Origin: a virus
Taxonomy: Duplodnaviria > Caudoviricetes
Reading direction: 5' to 3' (one strand)
Length of the DNA: 64,000 nt
IMG/VR virus record: IMGVR_UViG_2854208954_000001
Span: 15,498-79,497 of that record
In this document: piece after piece, positions 57,507 to 64,000 of the stretch
How positions within the stretch are numbered: the first letter of the stretch is position 1
Layout of the letters: each line of letters opens with the position of its first letter
Position numbers and translations under genes: made by a program
The notes under the pieces: model-generated
What the model saw: the letters and a program-made list of their open reading frames with translations, nothing else
What the model was told of the DNA's origin: nothing
The model's database searches: none

Positions 57507-58238
57507 ATGCTTAACGAAATGACAATAAACGGCGTTGATATTTCCGCATACAATGCCCGTTTACAAAGCTATTCGGTCAGCGGTACAACCGTTACCAACA
57601 ATTTATCTGCCTCTCGCAGTATCTTAACAGCTCCGTTACTGTTTTCTTCCGTTCCCGGCACAAGAACTTTGACTTTAACTTTGACTTTTTACCCTCACTA
57701 TCTTGGTGACTATGCAAAAGGTTTGACAGTTTCCGACCGCCTTGCAATAGCAACCGAAAATATAACTGTATTTGAGGGCTTGCTTGTTGGCAAAGTAGTT
57801 GAAATTGCTCTTCCTGATGGATTTATATACACGGCAATAGTCAACAGTATTGCCGCCGCAACTTTTGATAGCAGTGGTGAGCATGATGTTACATATACAT
57901 TTAATGCTGTTCGTCACGCAAAGCCTATCAGTGAGATTATAAAAGCAAACAGCTATATGATTTGCAATTCCAACACGGCTACACTACCTATAATTACGGC
58001 TGAGTATGCTAACACAAAATCTGAGGTAACTTTGCAGGGCGTTACTATCAAAAATATAGCAGTCGGCACAAAAATTGTTATTGACAGCGTGTCAGGATTA
58101 ATTACTGCAGACGGCAAAAATAAGTTTGGCGACAGTGATTTGATTGATTTCCCTGTTCTGCAACCGGGCAAAAATCAGATAACATCGTCTGCATCTGATG
58201 TCAGCATAACGGTGTCTTACACACCGATTTACATTTAG
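57507..58238 (+). CDS. Distal tail protein (Dit)
   Basis: Position after TMP; DFPVLQPGKNQI...YTPIYI. Confidence 0.8.
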   Translation: MLNEMTINGVDISAYNARLQSYSVSGTTVTNNLSASRSILTAPLLFSSVPGTRTLTLTLTFYPHYLGDYAKGLTVSDRLAIATENITVFEGLLVGKVVEIALPDGFIYTAIVNSIAAATFDSSGEHDVTYTFNAVRHAKPISEIIKANSYMICNSNTATLPIITAEYANTKSEVTLQGVTIKNIAVGTKIVIDSVSGLITADGKNKFGDSDLIDFPVLQPGKNQITSSASDVSITVSYTPIYI

Positions 58239-58255
58239 TTTAGGAGGTGTGTAAG

Positions 58256-60049
58256 ATGTTTTTAAAGGTATTTTACGGCGATGACATAAAGGTTTATCGT
58301 GACATTGACAGCACCTTTTTCCGTACTCGTTCGGAAGACGGTTTGATGTCATTACAGTTTGATATATCACCCGACCACGAATTATATAGGTATTTTGTTT
58401 TGTATGGTACGGTCGAGTATGACGGGCAGCGCTACCTTATAAACGGCATCAATGAGCGTAAAACGGTAAGCACCATAACTTGTGAGCTTGACCTCACGGG
58501 ACTCAACTATAATGTTTATCCGACCTATAATAAGAGCACCGTTAGCTTTTCAAGCGTATGCTCGGAGATTTTAAAAGGCACAGGTTGGACTGTTGTTGAT
58601 GCCGACCTCGTAGCCGCTCGCCGCACCCTTGAGCTGACTGATGTAACCACGCTTGACATCCTCGATTATTGCCAAAACTCGACGGCGTATAACACTCGCT
58701 ATCGTTTTGACACAATTAACAAGGTTATTTACTGCATCAAGCCGTACAACAACACCGAGCCGACAGGCACTTACTTTACCGATGAGCTTAATTTGAGCGA
58801 TATGACTTACAAAGGCAGTACCACAAGTTTGGTTACAAGACTTTATCCATACGGTAAAGATAATTTAAGTATAGCCAGCCTAAACAATGGCAAAAATTAC
58901 ATTGAAAATCATAGCTATACCGACAAGGTCATATCAGCTATATGGCGAGACGAACGCTATACCAATAAGCAAACCTTGCTTGATGATGCCAAAGCAAAAC
59001 TTGCCGTGCTTGCTGTGCCGGAGCAATCCTACACAGCTAAGGTTATTGACCTTGCAAAAACATTGCCCGACACATACGGTGATGTGCTTGCCTTTGATTT
59101 ATACGATGTGGTTACTCTGATTGACCGTAAACGCAAGACAAGGATTGACCACCGCATTGTAGAGATTAAAGAGTACCCTGCCGATGCAACGCTTAACACG
59201 GTTACTTTATCGACTGTACCTGCCAAAGTAACGGGCAAGTTACAGACATTGCAAAACAAAGTAACGGCTCTTGATGCACAAACTTTGCACGACCATAATA
59301 AAGTCAACGAAATTAAGCAGGATTTAGACACGACCGTTCTCCATGTATCCGATTCGTGGGCAAGTTCGCTCAACAGTTCGGTGATTACACAAACCGCCGA
59401 GGGATTATTTTTTGAAGTCAACAAGGTTGTCGGTTCAGAGCGTTGGAGCACTCTACTTCAACAGTCTGCCGATGACATCAAAATTGCTTGGAACAAAATT
59501 TCAAATTACATAAAATTTGAAAATGCACAGCTAAATGTGTACAATTCCCAGAACAGAAAGCTGATGAGCTTGTCGTCAACGGGGCATGACATTTTTGATA
59601 ATAACGGCAAAAAGCTAATGTCGTTAAATTCGGTAGGTCAAGATTTTTACTACAAAGGCACTAAGGTAGGTTACATAGGTACCGGTTGTTATGCCTCCGA
59701 TACATCAAAGCGTGACCTTTCGTTTAACCTTGAAAACGGTTCGGCATTTATGGATTGGTGTTATCGTATGAAATCAACTGATTCTTCATACACTCTTATC
59801 TTTACATATGCCGCTCAAAAAATCGGTTCGCTTGAAGCCAATCAGTTACACACAGGTTGTGACCTTAACTTGCGGAATCATTATTTACACAACGCTATTT
59901 TGAATGATTGGGGCTTTAAAGGCGGCTCTATTACAGACACTTTTTCGGGTTATTATGTAACATCATTTAACAGCAATGGTACAGCAGCAACTTGGAAAGA
60001 GTTTAAAATGACCTTCAAAAATGGCATTCTTCAATCGTTAACTGCTTAG
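58256..60049 (+). CDS. Tal-like tail protein
   Basis: LVTRLYPYGKD, YIENHSY, WRDERY, EIKEYP motifs. Confidence 0.85.
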   Translation: MFLKVFYGDDIKVYRDIDSTFFRTRSEDGLMSLQFDISPDHELYRYFVLYGTVEYDGQRYLINGINERKTVSTITCELDLTGLNYNVYPTYNKSTVSFSSVCSEILKGTGWTVVDADLVAARRTLELTDVTTLDILDYCQNSTAYNTRYRFDTINKVIYCIKPYNNTEPTGTYFTDELNLSDMTYKGSTTSLVTRLYPYGKDNLSIASLNNGKNYIENHSYTDKVISAIWRDERYTNKQTLLDDAKAKLAVLAVPEQSYTAKVIDLAKTLPDTYGDVLAFDLYDVVTLIDRKRKTRIDHRIVEIKEYPADATLNTVTLSTVPAKVTGKLQTLQNKVTALDAQTLHDHNKVNEIKQDLDTTVLHVSDSWASSLNSSVITQTAEGLFFEVNKVVGSERWSTLLQQSADDIKIAWNKISNYIKFENAQLNVYNSQNRKLMSLSSTGHDIFDNNGKKLMSLNSVGQDFYYKGTKVGYIGTGCYASDTSKRDLSFNLENGSAFMDWCYRMKSTDSSYTLIFTYAAQKIGSLEANQLHTGCDLNLRNHYLHNAILNDWGFKGGSITDTFSGYYVTSFNSNGTAATWKEFKMTFKNGILQSLTA

Positions 60050-60061
60050 GAGGTAATTAAA

Positions 60062-60172
60062 ATGGATTACATAATCAATACGAAGGAAATTGCCGAAACG
60101 GATAAATCAAGACCGGCAGAACGGTCTGAAGAAATTCACTCAAAGGAGGATAAAAATGCAGACGAAACTTAG
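60062..60172 (+). CDS. Small hypothetical protein, 36 aa
   Basis: GGAGGT SD; MDYIINTKEIAETDKSRPAERSEEIHSKEDKNADET. Confidence 0.4.
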   Translation: MDYIINTKEIAETDKSRPAERSEEIHSKEDKNADET

Positions 60173-60362
60173 TCCATTAGCATTACAATCAGCACGGTCT
60201 GAACTTATTGCCGCCGTTAATGCAATTGTAAGTAAATACGGCTTCCCGGCAAGCCTTATTGACGGCATAATGTCATCAGTGCTTGTGGATATCAAATCAC
60301 AGGTAATCGCAGAACTCACAGGCGAAGCTACAACAACGGAAAAGGAGCACGCCGATGAATGA
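60156..60362 (+). CDS. Hypothetical tail-region protein
   Basis: GGAGG SD before ATG 60156. Confidence 0.6.
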   Translation: MQTKLSPLALQSARSELIAAVNAIVSKYGFPASLIDGIMSSVLVDIKSQVIAELTGEATTTEKEHADE

Positions 60363-61419
60363 ATATGTTGCTAAAATTACGCTTGATTTAAACTGTCAGG
60401 CTACTCCCATAGTAATCTCAGCAGGGCAATATGACATTGGCAGACGGATTAAAATTAACCTTACCGCTGATGGCGAAGCTTATGATGCAACAGGTGCGAC
60501 AGCTGTGTGCAAAGGTAAAAGCGGCAGTAACTATTTTGCTGTAAATGCTACAGTAGCAAAAAATATTGTTACTGTAACTACAGATAAGGCTATGCTTTCA
60601 TCCGCCGGCAGAACGGTTGCTAAAATTGTGCTTACAGACGGTACTCGTACCTACTCTACACAGCCGTTTGTAATAAACACTCACGGCGATTATGACGGTG
60701 ATATTACTACCTCTGACTATTATCCCGAATTATTAGACATATTGTCCCGTGTCATTGCTCTGACCGAGAGTGGAGCTGTGCTTACCGATACTGCACTGGA
60801 TGCTAAGAGCGTTAATCCTGTACAGAACAAAGTTCTTACAGCTATTATAAATAGCAAGGCAAATAAGGCAACAACACTCGCAGGGTACGGAATTACGGAC
60901 GCATATACGAAGGAAAGAACAGACCAAAAACTTGCCCAAAAGCTCAATTCAATGCCGTTTGACAGTGAACCCAAAAATAATAGTCCGTGTTATCTGACAA
61001 GCGGTACGGTTTACAGTGCTCTGCTTGTTAAAGCAGATAAAACCGCCTTGGCAACTAAATACGATTCGTCAAATATCGAACTTGGTACAGCTACTCTTAC
61101 TCCGTACTCTACTCAGATTGATAAAATAAAATCTGCAACTTGCCTTTATGAAAAAATAGGCGATATCGTTATTGTCAATGTCACCGTCATTATGAACGCA
61201 ACATCTTTAGGCGGAACATCTTCAATATCTTTGCTCAATATGCCTTTCTCAAACAAATCGGATGTGATTGTTCATGATATCGGCATAAGCAAAAACGGCG
61301 GAATGTTCAGAGGAAGTGCAAGTAAATCAGCTTGGCTGCAGTTTACTCCGCTCAATAAACAGGCTTATAATTTCGTCGCTGATGAGCAGGTAAACTTTTC
61401 TTTGATTTACAAAATATAA
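60355..61419 (+). CDS. BppU-like baseplate / tail fibre protein
   Basis: QYDIGRRIKINL N-terminus; S.NPVQNKV and TTLAGYGITDAY fibre motifs. Confidence 0.75.
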   Translation: MNEYVAKITLDLNCQATPIVISAGQYDIGRRIKINLTADGEAYDATGATAVCKGKSGSNYFAVNATVAKNIVTVTTDKAMLSSAGRTVAKIVLTDGTRTYSTQPFVINTHGDYDGDITTSDYYPELLDILSRVIALTESGAVLTDTALDAKSVNPVQNKVLTAIINSKANKATTLAGYGITDAYTKERTDQKLAQKLNSMPFDSEPKNNSPCYLTSGTVYSALLVKADKTALATKYDSSNIELGTATLTPYSTQIDKIKSATCLYEKIGDIVIVNVTVIMNATSLGGTSSISLLNMPFSNKSDVIVHDIGISKNGGMFRGSASKSAWLQFTPLNKQAYNFVADEQVNFSLIYKI

Positions 61420-61439
61420 AAATAACGGAGGTATGAAAA

Positions 61440-61697
61440 ATGGAACTTAAAGAAAAAATCACACTCGATATGCTCACGAAGGACAGCGTGTCGGTACTCA
61501 GACAACAGTTTTTGACCTTTAACGGTGAAGAAATGCAGGTAGGCGGAAACATCCGCAACGCATACATGAACAGCAAATCGGGCAGAGAACAGATCAAAAC
61601 GGTGCTGTCTGATGAATACTATAACGCAGTAATGGCGGTGTGGGGTGATAACCCCACTGTAGATGATCCGATGATAGAAGAAAGCGAGGAAACATAA
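61440..61697 (+). CDS. Hypothetical protein (tail fibre chaperone position)
   Basis: GGAGG SD; between fibre and holin. Confidence 0.6.
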   Translation: MELKEKITLDMLTKDSVSVLRQQFLTFNGEEMQVGGNIRNAYMNSKSGREQIKTVLSDEYYNAVMAVWGDNPTVDDPMIEESEET

Positions 61698-61897
61698 TGA
61701 AGAAAATCAACTGGAAGCAGAAACTTACAAGCAGGAAATTTTGGGCAGCGGTAATCGGTTTTGTTACAGCACTCCTTATGGGATTTGGAGTAACAGAAAC
61801 CGAAACTGCACAGGTTACATCAATTATTATGTCCGCAGGTACGATGATAGCGTATATCATCGGCGAAGGCATGGTTGATGCCAACAGAAACGAATAA
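61697..61897 (+). CDS. Holin
   Basis: INWKQKLTSRKFWAAV; two TM segments; before amidase. Confidence 0.75.
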   Translation: MKKINWKQKLTSRKFWAAVIGFVTALLMGFGVTETETAQVTSIIMSAGTMIAYIIGEGMVDANRNE

Positions 61898-61918
61898 CAA
61901 TGAAAGCGAGGAATAGTA

Positions 61919-62848
61919 ATGGCAAAGAAAATCTATCTCAGCCCGTCAAATCAGTATGCAAATTCATACGCATACGGCAATACCACAGAAATGGAACAAT
62001 GCAATAAGATTGCAATTGCAGCAGAAACCGCCTTGAAGCGGTGCGGATTTACTGTAAAGCGTGCTCCGAAAGGTCAGAATATGTACACATCAATTTCTGA
62101 AAGTAATAACTTTGGAGCTGATGTCCATGTTTGCATCCATACAAACGCTGGTGGCGGCAAGGGTACAAATGTATTTGTTTATAACCGTTCTGCGGAAAAT
62201 CTCAAGTACGCACAGCCGGTTTACAACGAACTTGTAAAGCTCACAGAAAATGGCAGGGGAATTTCGATGAACAGCCTTGCTGAAATCAATCAGACACACG
62301 CAAAGTGCGTTTACTGTGAGTGCGAATTTCACGATAATTCAACTCTTGCTAAGTGGATTATCAATAACACTACAAAAATTGGCGAAGCTATCTGCAAAGG
62401 CTTGTGTTCAGCATTTGGAGTTACATATAAAGCAAACGCATCTGTCACTCATAATAAGATTACAACGGAGAGTAAACTCAAATCAAAAGCGTATGCCTAT
62501 GGTGATTGCAAAAATATTTGTATAATGCCTAAAAATTCAAGCATTACACATATTTATGATGATGGCTATGGTTGGAGTAAAATTAAGTACAAAAACAAAA
62601 CGGGATTTGTACAGAATACGAGAATCAATAATAATTCATCATTATCAAAATACCCAAAAATGACAGCAAACGCAACCGCTAATATTTATACACACCCCGA
62701 CAAGAAAGTTAAATTTGGCATAATCCCTAAAGGTACAAGAGTAACCGTGCGTTACATTGTAGAAAGGGGTAAAAATGCAGGGATGGCAGAAATTGCCTAT
62801 CCAAAGAGCAACAGCATTGTATTTGTTGACCGCAAGTTTTTAAAGTGA
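61919..62848 (+). CDS. Endolysin: Amidase_3 with SH3-like C-terminal domains
   Basis: IYLSPSNQ, EMEQ, VCIHTNAGG, YCECEFHD. Confidence 0.88.
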   Translation: MAKKIYLSPSNQYANSYAYGNTTEMEQCNKIAIAAETALKRCGFTVKRAPKGQNMYTSISESNNFGADVHVCIHTNAGGGKGTNVFVYNRSAENLKYAQPVYNELVKLTENGRGISMNSLAEINQTHAKCVYCECEFHDNSTLAKWIINNTTKIGEAICKGLCSAFGVTYKANASVTHNKITTESKLKSKAYAYGDCKNICIMPKNSSITHIYDDGYGWSKIKYKNKTGFVQNTRINNNSSLSKYPKMTANATANIYTHPDKKVKFGIIPKGTRVTVRYIVERGKNAGMAEIAYPKSNSIVFVDRKFLK

Positions 62849-62858
62849 TTTTTTGATC

Positions 62859-62888
62859 CATAATAACGCCCCTAAAAAGTTATTATGG
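62859..62888. repeat. Inverted-repeat site upstream of dam-like gene
   Basis: CCATAATAAC/GTTATTATGG stem; CATAATAACGCCCC is the exact reverse complement of 63723-63736. Confidence 0.7.
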
Positions 62889-62898
62889 AGGTACAAAA

Positions 62899-63663
62899 GT
62901 GCGTAGTTTTATTGGTTGGGTAGGAGGCAAAAGCCACCTTAAAAATCAGATTATTTCACTTATTCCCGGTGATTGCGAGCGATACATAGAGGTGTGTGGC
63001 GGTGCAGGCTGGGTTTTGTTTGGTAAAGGTAAAATCAAAGGTCAAATGGAGGTATTAAACGATATTGACGGTGACCTGATTAACCTTTATAAGCAAATAA
63101 AATACAACTGTTCAGCACTTCAAAAAGAGGTTGACTGGTTACAATCTCGTGAGTTGTTTTCGCAATATCGCTATGAGATTGAGAATCAGGTTGAGCTTAC
63201 TGACCTGCAAAGAGCGGCGAGGTATCTTTATTTAATCAAATGCAGTTTCGGCAGTAATCGCTATTCGTTTGCAACTGCTCCTAAAACGATTGATAACATT
63301 GTTTCTGAACTTCCAAAATACAAGGAACGATTAAAAAGTGTAATCATCGAAAACAGGGACTTTGAAGACCTTATAAAAACATACGACCGAGAATCTGCCT
63401 TATTCTACATTGACCCGCCGTATGTAGCCTCTGAACGCTATTATAACCGCAATTACAGTAAGTTTAATAAGGATGACCACGTCCGTTTAAATGCCGTTTT
63501 AAAGGGGATTAAAGGGCGTTTTATCCTATCCTATAACGATTGCGATTTCATTCGTGACTTGTATAAAGGTTACAATATAAAGTGCGTAAGTAGGCAAAAT
63601 CTACTCCCTGCAACCCCCGATAATTGTGTGGAGTTCAAAGAAGTTATCATAACCAATTACTGA
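62899..63663 (+). CDS. DNA adenine methyltransferase (Dam/D12 class)
   Basis: WVGGKS, YIEVCGGAGWV, LNDID, FYIDPPY. Confidence 0.92.
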   Translation: MRSFIGWVGGKSHLKNQIISLIPGDCERYIEVCGGAGWVLFGKGKIKGQMEVLNDIDGDLINLYKQIKYNCSALQKEVDWLQSRELFSQYRYEIENQVELTDLQRAARYLYLIKCSFGSNRYSFATAPKTIDNIVSELPKYKERLKSVIIENRDFEDLIKTYDRESALFYIDPPYVASERYYNRNYSKFNKDDHVRLNAVLKGIKGRFILSYNDCDFIRDLYKGYNIKCVSRQNLLPATPDNCVEFKEVIITNY

Positions 63664-63692
63664 TTTGGTAATAATATTACCAATTAAGCAAA

Positions 63693-63736
63693 ATAATAAC
63701 GCAGTAGTATATTATATTACTCGGGGCGTTATTATG
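63693..63736. repeat. Inverted-repeat site upstream of HTH gene
   Basis: ATAATAACGC (63693-63702) / GCGTTATTAT (63726-63735). Confidence 0.7.
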
Positions 63737-64000
63737 ATTAAAATTCATTTGTCCGATTTGCTTGGCAAATACCGCATAACGCAGGCTGAACTTGCCCGTA
63801 AAACAGGCATAAGACCTGCAACAATATGTGATATATATAATGAGATGTGTGACCGCATTAACCTTGAACACTTGGACAGAATATGCGAAGTCCTTGGTTG
63901 TGATGTTGCTGACATCCTTGAATATCAGCCAAATAAGATTAAAAAGACCGGTACAAATCTCATTTTAGAGCAAAACGGCAACCGAAAAAAGAATAATTAA
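63734..64000 (+). CDS. XRE/Cro-C1 HTH regulator (HTH_26-like)
   Basis: LSDLLGKYRITQAELARKTGIRPATI..LDRICEVLGCDVADILEY. Confidence 0.88.
   Translation: MIKIHLSDLLGKYRITQAELARKTGIRPATICDIYNEMCDRINLEHLDRICEVLGCDVADILEYQPNKIKKTGTNLILEQNGNRKKNN

Larger units (their letters stand above)
33346..64000 (+). mobile_element. Prophage 2: Mu-like transposable siphoviral prophage (right end beyond window)
   Basis: Putative TG end, cI/cro, DDE transposase + AAA ATPase, GemA, Mor, DUF3486, complete virion and lysis module. Confidence 0.9.

Noticed and set aside
1-64000. Many antisense or nested ORFs in the track (e.g. 3348-3761, 9571-10011, 12000-12527, 34940-35416, 55103-55798)
   Set aside because: They are shadows of well-supported genes on the other strand or frame, without SD or family motifs.
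1-64000. tRNA or rRNA genes
   Set aside because: No cloverleaf (T-loop GTTCGA with matching arms) or rRNA signature was seen.

Overview
AT-rich Firmicute chromosomal window; a Ruminococcus/Oscillospiraceae-like host is inferred from gene families and composition. It is almost entirely two adjacent temperate-phage elements. Element 1 (<1 to ~29.6 kb, left end outside the window) is an HK97-type siphoviral prophage. Its order is C5 DNA methyltransferase, accessory cassettes (SAM-riboswitch-led ORF, RHH/SLOG pair, DUF4314-amidoligase-GGCT, UDG-fold moron), TerL, portal, ClpP, capsid, tail, holin and amidase. A DUF2800-DUF2815-PolA replication block and a Tn916-type Xis-Xis-Int module follow. An IS3 remnant, an IS256 and two host genes (a lipoprotein and a 5'-truncated gene) separate the two elements. 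Element 2 (~33346 to >64000) is a transposable Mu-like prophage (cI/cro switch, DDE transposase, AAA ATPase, GemA, Mor, DUF3486). It is joined to a PBSX-TerL/SPP1-A118-like siphoviral head and tail, lysis genes and a Dam-like methylase in the mom position. Main findings: (1) two self-cleaving ribozymes, a type II hammerhead at 35631-35692 and a P1 twister at 39530-39588, bracket the transposase-ATPase segment of the Mu early operon; (2) a SAM-I-clan riboswitch with promoter, terminator and antiterminator leads an unknown ORF convergent on the C5 methyltransferase; (3) a phage NusG paralogue is followed by ops-like motifs and tandem terminators; (4) a MuF-type minor capsid carries a metallopeptidase toxin with a likely immunity gene; (5) Dit contains an apparently permuted starch-binding-like module; (6) 14-bp inverted repeats flank the dam gene. 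Five genes each lack one base in a short homopolymer, most likely sequencing error. Family calls come from motif recognition only; no searches were run.
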